Made by a program: the position numbers and the translations under genes
Assembly: GCA_004431415.1 (NCBI GenBank)
Contig: QPMI01000464.1
Coordinates: 1-56,704, forward strand
DNA length: 56,704 nt
Source of the DNA: Cyanophora paradoxa CCMP329
Taxonomy: Eukaryota; Plantae; Glaucophyta
Direction of reading: 5' to 3'
The notes under the pieces: model-generated
Told to the model about the DNA's origin: nothing
Database searches by the model: none
What the model saw: only the letters and a program-made list of their open reading frames with translations
Shown here: piece by piece, positions 13,366 to 25,518 of the stretch
How the letters are laid out: each line of letters opens with the position of its first letter
How positions within the stretch are numbered: position 1 is the first letter of the stretch

Positions 13366-13762
13366 ACCCTCCTTGCGGTGGTGATCGTACCCGTATTCTT
13401 CATGTGCACATCTTCACGGGTGCAGTGTGGTGAACTCTGCATTCGACGCATCTGTTGCAGCAAGGGATCGGACCCGGCATAGTTAAGCTTACTATACTGT
13501 AGTCCAGGCCTAGTCAGCTAGCATAGTACGGAGCATGTGAGGAGGGATCGAGGCAGTGTGAGTGGATGATATTGGAATGGAAGTCAAGTGCAGCAAGCTG
13601 AGGGTAGCCAGTGCCAATGTGCGCATTCAATAAAGGCAGGCAAACTAAGTAGTCGAGCGCAAGATAGAAGGTGTCAGAGATAGGAAACAGAAATCGATGC
13701 GAAACGAACCCCGACAACTGACTGCCATACAACGTATATGGAGTACGGCGCGCGTCCTTGCC

Positions 13763-14452
13763 CTAATTCTGACCGACATCGTCGTACATTCCGTGGTACA
13801 TATCATCATGCAGCGGCCATCCATCTGGGTCCACATCGGGTCGATGTACGACGTGCTTGGCGACCGTCCCATTCCACTTCATATAGATTTCGGCCCACCG
13901 GCGATCGGGTCCCAACTGCCAGCACAATCGAAGGCATTTACTATCAAGTCGTACTCTGCGGTGGGATGGGTTTAATAGTTGATCATCATCCAAGATTACA
14001 TGTGTACAGGCACCTCCATTACAGTCCGTAAGCTGAACGGACGCAATCACATCGTACGCAGAAGTAAACTCGTTGTTACTCACGCGCACCGCTGCAGGCC
14101 CAGGTGGTACTGCTATGATGGCGCCTGTGCCGGGATTCTTGATTATAAAAACGTCGGGGGTCATTTGGCTCATGGCCTCCAGTACGATGATGGAACCGGG
14201 GCCGCTGACTCGCACTGATTGAGATATATCGCGGTAAGAAGCTAAATCGAGATTCGGTCTCGCGTAAGAAGCAGCTAGCACTATATCGGATGTGGGCGAC
14301 GTATCTGCGATGGCGCAAATCGCAGCATGCACTTGCGTCAGCAGCGAACGGAGCAAGCGCACGGAGAACATACCTCTCGATCGCTTCTTGGAACCGGAAT
14401 CGAGGATGGGACGCAAAGTATTCGTCAACGACATGTCTAGCCGTCTCTGCAA
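13763..14452 (-). CDS. Hypothetical protein
   Basis: 229-aa ORF with protein-like composition. No family recognised. Confidence 0.35.
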   Translation of the reverse strand: MQRRLDMSLTNTLRPILDSGSKKRSRGMFSVRLLRSLLTQVHAAICAIADTSPTSDIVLAASYARPNLDLASYRDISQSVRVSGPGSIIVLEAMSQMTPDVFIIKNPGTGAIIAVPPGPAAVRVSNNEFTSAYDVIASVQLTDCNGGACTHVILDDDQLLNPSHRRVRLDSKCLRLCWQLGPDRRWAEIYMKWNGTVAKHVVHRPDVDPDGWPLHDDMYHGMYDDVGQN

Positions 14453-14899
14453 GAATCAAGTCCGGCAATTAGGGTACAGCCTGCATTCCCGGCGCCGTGA
14501 ACGACAGCCCGTGCGCTACACGCGCAACTCGTCGCATCGTTCTTAGCGCGCTCATTCGCCTGCGCAATCTCCAGCTAGGCCAACCCACCGCTAAGCGCGA
14601 AGCAACGCGGCGCGCTCCTTCGCCAACGCCAGCGCATCAAGGCGAACACAAGCGCTAGAAGCGCCGCTCGTCGTACCTTCGAAGCGCGCTCAGTCGCAGG
14701 TGGCTGATACCCCGGCTCGAAGTAAGCATGCTCAGACCCGATCCGCGCCTGCCGTCTAAACACAGACGACTTTTAACTTATATGTTTCAACAGGTTCCGA
14801 TTACTTGATCATGGCGAAAACAAAAGCGTGCCATGGGATCTCACCTGGGATGTTCAGAGGAACGATGCAGAGGATCGAGCAGCCACATGATTATAGAGA

Positions 14900-15620
14900 C
14901 CGATCCGTAACTATAGTCACTTCTCCGACGTCACTACTCTTATGAGAAACACACCGCATGTTGATCGCATCCAAATCGTTGAAGATGGAACGGTTCTGCA
15001 ACGATTTCTGCAGATCGAGCCTATCCACATCTTCAGGCCATGGCAAGCCGGGCGTGACTTCGGTATTACCCTTACGTAAACCTCTACTTCTTCACGTCTC
15101 ACCACCAGACGCCTGCCAGCTATCTCTCGGGCACTCGATACGAAACTCCGCCTGCATCTGTCCTGTCCCTACACATCAGAACGTATCAGAGTGCCAGTTC
15201 AGTCAGTGTACTGCGTTCACCCGCACGTACGTGGTCGCATTCCCTTCATAAATTCCACATTATTCTTATCCTGCGCAGTGTTTCGATTTCAACGAGCACT
15301 TGATATTCTCCCTTCATAATGAAGATTGGTCAGCTATTCGTCCTGCACTCATGGTCATGATCAAAGTTAAATCCTTTCCATAGGGAATGCCCATTCCAAT
15401 TCTGCCAAAGACAAGCAGGTCTCCACAATCTCATCATTGACGAGTTCTTCAAGTCCATCCTTGACGGGTCTGTGCCCGATTTACCTTTACATCTCATAAT
15501 TACTGATACCCTCATTCCAGACAACGCCTGCAGATCTCGCTGTCGAAATAGACAACACAGGAAGATGGCTGCCATGCGCTTCCGACAATATACCCGACTA
15601 GATCAAAATCTCCAAGCAAG
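14900..15620 (+). CDS. SP-RING / zf-MIZ (SUMO E3 ligase-type) domain protein; boundaries approximate
   Basis: Removing introns 15227-15278 and 15329-15383 gives LSCPYTSERIRVPVQSVYCVHPH-CFDFNEHLIFSLHNEDW-ECPFQFCQRQAGLHNLIIDEFFKSIL, the SP-RING pattern CP..RI..P....C.H..CFD....W.CP..C....L.ID. Confidence 0.8.
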
Positions 15621-15710
15621 GCTAGGCCGCGCACCCCCATCAGTGCATCACCCCGCCCCGCCCTTCTCTGCCACATCCAACCCGCCCCGCCAGGGCGTCG
15701 CGAGTCGACC

Positions 15711-15785
15711 GCTGCGCCCCGGGCGGCTTACTATATTCTAGTCCATGTCCTAGCTAAAGAGCATCGTACCACGGACTGAAAGCAA
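15711..15785 (+). repeat. Dispersed repeat, copy 2 (GC hairpin + CTAG)
   Basis: Matches 5630-5703 and is preceded by a partial unit of the GC-rich repeat (cgcgagtcga..). Confidence 0.65.
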
Positions 15786-16708
15786 CGTGGCCCCCTAATC
15801 GATAGACCTATAGCTAGTAGTCTTCAGTCGAATCATAGCCACAAACATGGTCATCGTAGCAGTCTGTTTCGGTGCAGCATAGACGATTGCAGATTTCGCC
15901 GCGGCCTTGCCGTATGCAAGGTGCTCTCCTGGCGCTGCTGGTGGTGCATGTCTCTCATTCTTGGCGCGAGGATCGCCGTATTGACGATCAAGAGGGTTTC
16001 GCTTCAGAATCCGCCGACAGCGTATAACTGTGTGATTGGGCAGAGGGTTGTGACATAGAAGTAATCAAGCGCGCCCATGCGGACATGAGCCCATGTGCGA
16101 TCGGTACAGACATCGCATTTTATCATCTCGCTGCTATGTTCCTCACAGTAGATGCTGCATAACAAGGGCGTTGGCTCCAGTCAGATATGTTGGTTTTGTG
16201 CGTAGGGTTGACCACTTAAACATCATATATATCCCTCGCGAACCTGCTACAGTTATCCGATGAGCACCGGTATACCGTATGCTGACGACCGCCAGTACTG
16301 GCCATGGAGGGAGCGTGAAAGTCGTCATTGCAGAAAAGAACAGGACAGCCAGTGACGGATGAACACCGAGCAAGCCGGCACGTTCGTGCTGGTTCGAGCG
16401 GGCATGGGCCGTGCATACCGTCGATGGCAGGGCACGCGTACGGTCCGTGCGCACGCGCGTCGGCAATCTCATCCCGGAACACGCTGCAGTCGAAGTAGGA
16501 GGTGGATCGGCTTCAGCTGCCGGCGCCATTACGCTGTCTGGGCCAGGCCTCAGTCTGACGTAGAGTCTCTGGCATCAAACCCGAACGGCGGCTTTTTTCC
16601 CAATATGCGTACGCGAACTCGGAGAGTTAGTCGACGATCGAGAACTAAAGTTAGTCCCAAATTTGAAATTTTGCGTTGAGTACGTACTCTAAACCATACC
16701 GAAGTGCA

Positions 16709-19138
16709 ATGGCACGTCAATCAAAGGCAGCTGCTGCTGCAGCCACGGCTGAGAAGAAGGACAACGTGCTCGAGCCGAAGAAGGCTGACGTGGCCGCGTC
16801 ACTGGCGAAATCTGATGCCACTGCTGCTGCCGGGAAGGACCCGCTCCCTGTCGCCGTTGACGAGGCTTCGCCGGTGATCCCTACGCCGGTGGATGCGACG
16901 TGGACGACGCGGCACGCGCTGCCTGGGTGCGCTTGGAGTTAATCAATGTTCGGTCCGGCATGGTGCGGATTTAAGCTGACGATCGGCGCGATAGCAGGCT
17001 GAACGACGGCATGCCACGGGAAGGGGCAGCTGCAACTATCACGGCGGCAGTGGCATCGTCTCGCCCGTTGCCTGGCGCGTCCGGATCCATTTGCAATGCT
17101 GGGCAAGTGTACGTATTCTACGATCGCGTAATATTGGCTGTGACTAATACGACGTTATTCGTCCCTGCGTAGATCGGCTGCCGTGCCGGTCGCCACTAAT
17201 TCGGCAAGTGCCACGGCTAATGGGATTGTGATGCTATCGTACGTGCTTTTATAATCAATAGCATTTGTGCACGACGAGCGTCACAACCCTAATATATTTC
17301 CAGGCCCGCAAAGAAGGTTACTGTGGCGCGCACGTTCATGGATTTGAAGGATGGGAGGGATTTTAACGGTGTCGTGCGGATTGCGAACATGCACACCATA
17401 AGTGGAAGGAACGGAGGTGACACCATCCGCGGTACTCTGGAGGATGAGGTGCGCAACCCGTTGTAGCTGGGTAACATCATGTGTAATGTCAATGTGGCGA
17501 TTTTATATAAGCTTTCTGCTCATCGACGTACGCAATGCAGGTCGGCGATAAGGTGCCGCTCCGTATCTTCACAGGGCGATGCTAACAAGTGCGGGAAAAA
17601 ATGCCATCAAGGGAGACATGCTAATCGATCAAGTGAACAATATAACCGAACACTTGAACGCAAGCTGCAACTCAGAAATATGGTATACTCTCCCATTTAC
17701 GTATACTTCCATTATCCGTATCAGTATGCTGACATGGAATATATCGATCAGTACTTAATCATGAAATCATCAAACAAAGCACGCTACTTGGTGAAAGGGA
17801 CTGCGACCGAGAAACTGGCTTGGCCATTGACGCGAGACCGCACACTGCTGAAGGAGATCCAGATTAATTCTGGTAATGTCGGTCTAATCAACTTCGAATC
17901 AGTGAATGAGGAGGTCTGTCACTCATGTTTTACCTATATTCATATCGCGCGTATTCATTACCTGCTCACTTTTGCTGCCGTACGTTAGGATCCTCGTCTC
18001 ATCGAGCTTCCTCACAAACTCGCGAATATGGATCGCGCATCATTTGTCATGATGCGCTACGACATCGTTTCCGACTTCAGGGGAGCAGCAGTTGACTATA
18101 TGAATGTCAACAAACTGTGCGACTCGAACAGGTTCAGCGAATGTGCGTGCTACTATAGATAACTGGGATGATACCACGTTTTTCGTCGCGCTCGTACCGT
18201 GTTTTATCGCTTCATCAGATAACATTGGATGCATCATCAAGGAGGAAGAGGACGGATACGTGTGCATGGACAAGCTCGGGTGTAAGGTGCCAGCTCGGTT
18301 TGGACTTGGCGCAAAGTTCGAGTCCTCGGGAGCTGTTCGACACCTACAGCATCGACGGGGTCGCGGACATCGTCGTTTCATTCGCGGAGGTTCGGACGTC
18401 TATACTGTAGTTAAACATGGTAAACGAATGCAAGGCGTAATTCACACGCATTCAAACGTAGTTCAAATTCGAGCGACCATCAGGCACCCCGACGGAACTG
18501 TGGTTTGGCTTCTTTTCTGAAGTAATGGGACTTGCGGAATTCGAGGAGAAAAAGAAGACCCTGCCGGTAGGGTTCGTCTCGAAGGCAATTAAAATTCCGG
18601 ATGCGAGTGCTCGCTTGCATGCATCTGTCCCGTTTGGTAATGGGTCGAACCGAGTTGGTGCGGAAGTTCAGCCTATCGGTTTTAACCTGTGTAACCCTTT
18701 CATGCAGCGCTCTTCGCCGGCGGTACCGGCCCGACAGGGAGCACCCCGAATTTGTCGGGTACGACCGGGATCCCTGTCAAGGTTGGAAATGGTGGATCAG
18801 CGATCGCTCTGAATGGAATCTCAAGCTCGCCGATGGCAATGGCAGCAATGAACATGCCGATGCAGCTGCGCCTGAGCCTGAAGGACAATCCGTTCGCGGT
18901 GTTTCGCGATCGCACTGGAAGTGAGGCTTCTTTTCCTAATGGGCTCGTTGAGCGCGAGGTATATGACTTTCCGTACATTGCATATGCCACGTTCCAGCTA
19001 ATCTCGTAGCAGGCAACTATCGCAAAGCGGAAGAAGGGAGGCAAGGACGAAGCCAAAACTTCAAAGAAACAGAAGAACGTGAGCGTGGAGTCGGAGTCAG
19101 ATGCGGAGGTGGACGACGAGGAGGAGGAAGAAAATTGA
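16709..19138 (+). CDS. Multi-exon OB-fold (RPA70-like) protein, copy B; some frameshifts
   Basis: MARQSKAA... TFMDLKDGRDFNGVVRIANMHTISG..IRGTLEDE; YLIMKSSNKARYLVKGTATEKLAWP; GCIIKEEEDGYVCMDKLGCKVPARFG; acidic tail DDEEEEEN* at 19138. Several intron positions match copy A. Confidence 0.5.
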
Positions 19139-19618
19139 ACGGACCGACTCATGGCTCTGCATCTAATTCATAGATTCCATATATTCATTCATAGTTTGAA
19201 CATTTGTCATGTATAGCACAATGGCGGGAGGTAGTAACCGGGTAGCATTATATATATATAGGTTTTCGTAGGTCATTTCGCTTCGCATACGAGATAAAGA
19301 GTGTAAATCAATTTCTTATAAAGTATCACGCAACGATGGCATACGAATCAACCGCACCGGGGCGCGGTTGGCTAGGTTGGGAAGCTGGGCGACCGCGGGC
19401 CGGGGCGCTGTAGCTCCGAGGGCGTGCTCCTGGTAGCGGACGCTAGATGGCAGGGCCAAAGCGCTGGAAGAGGGCCCGGAATGCGTCGGTAACATATTCT
19501 CACGTGCTGCATCCCTACGAAGCATGATGCACGCGACGTACACTGCGAGCACCCCTACGCTTGGTGCGCGCTTTCGATTGCGTACCCGGCCAGTCCGTGC
19601 ATCTGATCCGCGTCAACT

Positions 19619-20178
19619 ATGGCGCGTGTGAAGGTGACGCCGAAGAAATCCGATCAACGGATGGCCTCCAAGGCCGCCACCGGGTCCCGCGGTCCGCGCA
19701 GGGCCAAGACGGGAACGAAGAGTGTCATTCCGGGAAGGAAACCTCACCGTTATCGTCCAGGTGCGAATGCTATCGCCCCATATCGTACCTCGCGGTGCGT
19801 GGATGATTACCACGTCAGCCCGAACCCGCAGGCACCGTCGCGCTTCGTGAAATCCGCAAATACCAGAAGACGACAGATCTCCTCCTTCGCAAGCTGCCGT
19901 TCCAGCGGCTGGTGCGCGAGATCGCACAGAACTACGGCATGCCGGACAAGCGCTTCCAATCCTCCAGCGTCCTTGCGCTACAGGAAGCCAGCGAGGCGTA
20001 CCTTATCGGCCTTTTCCAGGACGCAAATCTATGCGCTATCCACGCAAAGAGGTGCATTGCGACCTACTGATCATGAATACAACTACACTGCTTACATCTT
20101 ACAGGCCCGACGCGCAGGGTGACGCTCATGCCAAAGGATATGCAACTCGCCCGTCGCATCCGAGGCGAGCGCACATAA
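19619..20178 (+). CDS. H3: Divergent histone H3 variant (3 exons: 19619-19760, 19832-20051, 20118-20178)
   Basis: Spliced product [104 protein letters not shown] introns of 71 and 66 bp. Confidence 0.95.
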
Positions 20179-20951
20179 ATCGTACGATTTCCAGGACGTG
20201 AGGTGTGCTCCGACAACTCCGGTGTAATCCAATTCAGGATACAGTATGTTTAACGCTTCACGAGATTATGTTGCACGTACACTCAATGCAACGGATTGAA
20301 AACCGTAATAAAGCCCGTTGAGTAACGCGACGGACCAACCATCGGACGTGCACTAATTCAGCGGCACGTTATCGAATACAGATGCACATGCTACTTGCAT
20401 ACTGCAGTGACTCGCTCATGTTGCACAGTCTTCCACTACTCTGGGTAATGCCTGGAGACGGGGGCTGGTCCAGTTGGAAGCCAGCGCCGGGTTGCTTGCG
20501 GGGGGGGCATGGCCGGGAGCGACGGAGTACGGGGCACTACGGGGCGGCAAGGACGATGCGCTGCGGCGGGCCGGTGCATGGGGGCGGATCGCGCGGGGCG
20601 GAGGGCGATGGGCTGCCTCCACATCTCTCGGCTGACGTGCGCAAGATTGTGCTCACCCCGGTCGCCATCGCCCTTGCATGACCGACTCATCATATCGCTG
20701 ACGGATGACGTTTGCCACGTTCTCGTCCGCGCTCCTGTAACGACATCGGAATCAAGATTTTATAGTATGGCGAAGTGTAGAGACGTGTTGACAAATTAAA
20801 GGGAGAGGGGGCGACGGTACATGAGGAGGGGGGGGAGGGCGGTAGGGGGGAGGGGGGTATGGAGCTTACCGCCGAATGGCCTCCTCCGCGAGTACGGCCA
20901 CCTGCATTGCAAGAGTCAGCCGTCATACTGAAAACGTCATTATCGGTAGTC

Positions 20952-23940
20952 CTATGCTTCGGTATGATTGAGTGTAAAAATCGTGTGGACCCTACAGTCG
21001 ATCAAGTACAGAATCAAATCGAGCCGGCCGGGGACGCCGATGCCGGCGCCTTTGCAAATCTCCACCAGCCGACCCCGAAACATCTTCATTGGATACAGCA
21101 GCAGCTCCGGCCCTGTCAATGGCAGCTCCTGCATGCACTGTAACCTGCTGCAGCGTTGGCTGAGAGTTCACGTAAGGGAAAATGGACGGACTCTGGAGAT
21201 CCATCAGGGAGCGTGACAAATTGGCGAATATACGCGAGGACGGTGGGAGGCGTCCAGGTCATCACCGTCGCGGAGTCCGGGCCCACGGTACCCGGAGGTT
21301 GGGCTCCCATGTTCCCCGTGTTATCGTCGTCAACGCTGTCGCTCGCGGCATGTACCGGTGCGTTGGCATCTGACGTTGGATTACTAGGTGGTCAGAGACG
21401 ACGTTCCAATAGAATATAACTTCGCTAGATCTAAAGTTGCTAGCTCAGGCACTGATAGCGCCTGCACGACCGCACGTCCGTAATAGCGCACCTGCCTCCG
21501 GTCGTACTCTCTCGGTTCTCGCCCCTGCTCTCCGAATTAATCGGGTAGCCCGAATATTTAAACTCGATAGGTAATAATTCGCACACCCTCTGATGAGACT
21601 TTAGCCTTCTTCGAATTCCGCGTGTTCGCACTTGGGCCCCGTCCTTCTTTGCAGCAGAAGAGCTCTCCTCGATCACACTACCCGCCGATTCGTACGCCTC
21701 CTCGTCCTCGTACGCGTCCTCCCCATCCGTCTCGCCCTCTACTCAAGGCGCCATGCGTCAGCGATTACTCACATCGCATCGCTCGACATACCACTACTGG
21801 TTTCAGCGTTGTACTTGGGGCAGGTCTTCATGTGATTGGACAGGGTCTTCTTGCTGGCATACGTGCGATTGCAATTAGCAGCGGGGCAAGGGAGACGGTC
21901 GTCGTCGGCCTTCTTGCTCGTAGCTTCGGAAGCTGCTGGATAAATTCAATGAGTACCGTTCGCACACCAGCCGGCGCACATGAGAGGCATGTTTGGCACC
22001 TGACTTCCGTTTGCATGCATCAATGTGCGTCCCCTTTCCTTTGAACGTTATGCCACAGTTATCACAAATAAACGGCGCCTGCTTCTTTCGCGCTTTCCCA
22101 GACGATCCTGCATCTCAGTCAGATCGGCTGCAGTTATGCATGATGTATGGGGAATGCAGTCAGCGATCGTGACCGTACCCCGTGACGCCTCGGTGCCCTT
22201 TCCTGCATCAGTCGACTCCGCCCCCTTCGAACCCTCGCGCTGGTTGCCTGCAATTGAGTCTAAGGGGTCGCTCCCTCGAGGGTGTTCGGGGACCTCTTAA
22301 ATTCAACGCATCCTGCCGCTCACCAGGCCCTCCAGGTTGACTGTCTATACCTCGAGACTTGCCTGCGAGCATGTGAACTGTGACCATCTCGAGTGGATAT
22401 TACGGTGCACCGGTTGCGTACCTTTCGATGTGGCGACGGGTGGTACGCCCGCCACCTCGCCTGCTTCCTTGCCCTTGCCAGTACCGCGCGATGACGCCAT
22501 GCCTGCGGGCTCGAAGGACAATTAACTGCCGTATCCTTGCGACAGACGCTGCTCCCTTCGTTCGTGCACCTGATGAACGAACCGTAGTCTGGGGGGGGCT
22601 TGATGCCCGCTCTTGTTTCACTTCGTCCGGGCGCCGCCACAGATTGGGCGGCGCAGGGACATTCGATCTCGTGGTTCTCGCCTGGGGGGGGCTTGATGCC
22701 CGTTCTTGTTTCACTTCGTCCGGGCGCCGCCGCATATTGGGCGGCGCAGGGACATTAGATCTTGTGGTTCGCATTGCATCGGCGGGCTCGACTTTCGGCT
22801 GTACAGCGCGACCATCTTTGTACGCATCAGAACTACATATATCGCGCCAATTTCAAAGTTCCAATGACCGCACCTGTGCTGTGACGCCGCGGGCTCTTCT
22901 CTGATAGGCGCATCCCATCTGCGGCTCCAGCATTGCTGCCGCCTATTACGCCTGGCACCCCGCCCGAGCCTGCCGCAGAGCCGAACCGAGGTTGTCAGTC
23001 GCATCGTTCTAGCGGGGCTGCGCGCATGCACCTGCTATGTCGCCTTGGTCGCTCGAACCTGGTCCTGGGCCAATCGTGACGTCACACCGCGAGCCATCGG
23101 AGGTCAGTTCCTTCACTCCGGCTGATCCACTATCGCTGCCGCCGGGTGTACATGCGCCCCCGTCCAAGCCTGCCGCCAACCCGAAGTTGTCAGTCGCTTC
23201 GTTCGAGAGGGGGTCCGGGCAGGCACCTGCGATGTCGCCTTCAGCCGGCGCGCTCGCAGTCTGACTGTCGCCTTCCGCGGGGTTATTTGCCGTCGCCGCC
23301 GCGCGCGCCGTCCCGCCCGTGTCCTTTGCACCTTCTGCCGAGTCCAGATCGATCACTGCTCGATTACAGTCAGCGTCAGGGCGCGGCGCTCGCTTAGTCT
23401 ACGGTATCACCTGGAGCTCCGTCGCCTTCGGCATCGCCTGAAAGCGCCGGCGCCTCGCTCGTCGTCTTTCTCGACTCCATTGTCTCGTCGGCCGAGTCCA
23501 GATCAATCACTGCTCCAGTCCGGTCAACGCCAGCACGCTGCGCTTCCGTGGCACTCTCACCTGATTGAGCCGCTAGCGCTCCTGCCGTACTGTTCCCTTC
23601 CATGTCCCTTTCGGCCGCGCCACCGCCCTCGTCGTCTTGTGCGAGCCTCTCGGTACGATCGTCGCCGGCGTGCGGCGAACCACACTCTCGCTCCATGTGC
23701 ACCTAGTGCTGCGGCTGTCAGCTGGTTCCCTGTGGTGATGCTGTGCACGTGCACCCGACGCTCTGGTCTTCAGCTTCCTTACCTGCTCGCACCTGGCGTC
23801 TTACGCGCTTATTCCAACGTGTACCCCTTCGACCAGCCGTCCTGGACGGCTGCTCCCTTAGCTTCATTATAAGCTCATACTCGGAAGCCCGACGTCGACG
23901 GGCGGCGGCTGGGCTCCTGGTGCGACACGGGGATTGATCA
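20952..23940 (-). CDS. Multi-exon low-complexity protein: 2 SIM-like motifs, 2 C2HC-type Zn fingers, C-terminal SAM-like domain; 5' end uncertain, frameshifts
   Basis: AVIDLDSA twice (~23500, ~23350); FICDNCGITFKGKGTHIDAC (~22070-22010); CPAANCNRTYASKKTLSNHMKTC (~21890-21820); VMTWTPPTVLAYIRQF...LTGPELLLY...GAGIG (21270-21040); an in-frame 93-bp duplication at 22589-22772. Confidence 0.5.
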
Positions 23941-24162
23941 GGCGGCTGAGGTCCGGATCGCTGGGCGCAGTTACCGTAGTACGTATACGGGCGGAGACCC
24001 GCCAGACGCGTACGTATACGTACACCGGATCCTGAGTACTAGTGGATCGCCGCGCCGGCGCTGCGGCCGGCGCCGGGCCGCACCTCCGACCCGGGCCGGG
24101 CCGGCGGCGGGCCGCGCCCGGCCTGCGGCAATAAGCAAGGCATGAGGAGGACCTGCAAACCC

Positions 24163-24595
24163 TCCGAATTACCTGCAGCTGATCGATGTAACATAGCTAG
24201 CTACCAATATTAATAGTGCTCTAGATCTCGCCGGGCCTATAGCTAGGCATCCGGATCCGGATCCGGGCCGCGGCCGGTACTTTTTTTTTGCAAAAGTGGA
24301 CGTCGCATTGATACACCACGGCACATGTATCAATGTTCTACGTGACGTGCCCTTCCGACCGGTCAACTATCTAGCCGAAGGTGCTAGCTAGGTGCCGGCC
24401 ATGGGTCGCGGGCCGCGGCCGGTACGAGGTCCCCCGGCAGCGGGCGCGCGAGGGTAGGAGGTGGAGCTCGAGCGGGCGCTAAATCTAGTACTAGTACTGA
24501 TACTTGTTGCGCGTTCATGCAAACAATCCGAATTACCTGCAGCTGATCGATGCAGCACAGCTATATAGCTAGCTACCAATATTAATAGCGCTCTT
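24163..24595. repeat. Pair of ~60-bp direct repeats in a CTAG/palindrome-rich GC spacer
   Basis: CCGAATTACCTGCAGCTGATCGATG...TAGCTAGCTACCAATATTAATAG(T/C)GCTCT at ~24163-24222 and ~24528-24594. Confidence 0.7.
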
Positions 24596-24923
24596 CACGA
24601 CTCTCCTCCTCTCGCGATTGCAGACCCCCGCCGCCGGGAGGTCGATGTCGTACCCCATCATTCCTTCTACCCTTCCGATTTTCATCCCTCAGCACTCTCG
24701 CTCCTCCCTATTTACCCGGTTTAATTCTGATGATATATACGAAATATTTCAAAATTACGGGCGCCGGCTACTATAGGTATTAAATATTTGAATTCTGCGT
24801 GAAAATTATATATGTTGTCCGGATATCGATCTATCCTTCTGGCATTTTAAACATTTCCGTGCCGGCGGAGACCTGATACAGACCAGAGGCTGCACTGCCC
24901 CGGGGCAGGAATGTTTATCGGGT

Positions 24924-25112
24924 ATACTATCCGGCGATACTATCGCCCCGAGGTCATACTATCCGGCGATACTATCGCCCCAAGGTCATACTATCCGGCG
25001 ATACTATCGCCCCGAGGGCATACTATCCGGCGATACTATCGCCCCGAGGTCATACTATCCGGCGATACTATCGCCCCGAGGTCATACTATCCGGCGATAC
25101 TATCGCCCCGGG
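24924..25112. repeat. 6 x 32-bp tandem array, each unit with a GGCGATA-C-TATCGCC palindrome
   Basis: Unit ATACTATCCGGCGATACTATCGCCCCGAGGTC starts at 24924, 24956, 24988, 25020, 25052 and 25084. Confidence 0.95.
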
Positions 25113-25518
25113 TAATTCTATCCGGCCATCCTATCCTGATTGGTCGACGAATTTGTGTGGGGCGCCGGCATTCCATCCATATATGTTTCCGGAGTCGCCG
25201 TGATGTCATGACCCCCAGTGTGTCGGTGACGTCGGTGTATATATGTATATGTCGGAATATGCGAAAAAAAGAAAAACCAACCACAAGCACGGAGGTTCAG
25301 ACATATATACGAAATATATACATGACTGAATTGTTTATTTTTCATAGAACTCGCATGTTGTTTGCACGTATCTTGCATAGTGGGCGGGGCTTTTCTCTCC
25401 AATGGGTGTATCGGTGTCCACCACCTTATTTTTCGAATATGTACATATGTACTTTTCTCGATGGCATCGCCGATCACGATGCACAAAAAATAGGGAACAT
25501 CAGCCTCGAAATTTTGAA

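Noticed and set aside
16040-16125. CCCH zinc finger on the minus strand (CLYRSHMGSCPHGRA*)
   Set aside because: The third Cys position is a stop and the His is out of register; too degraded to support.
19619-20178. Definite CenH3 call
   Set aside because: Q68 and F84 are canonical; only loop 1 (+1) and T107A are CenH3-like.
1-24000. Autonomous Helitron
   Set aside because: No HUH-Rep or PIF1 helicase motifs found in any frame examined.
24924-25112. CRISPR array
   Set aside because: The palindromic 32-bp repeats are contiguous with no unique spacers, and there are no cas genes; the context is eukaryotic.
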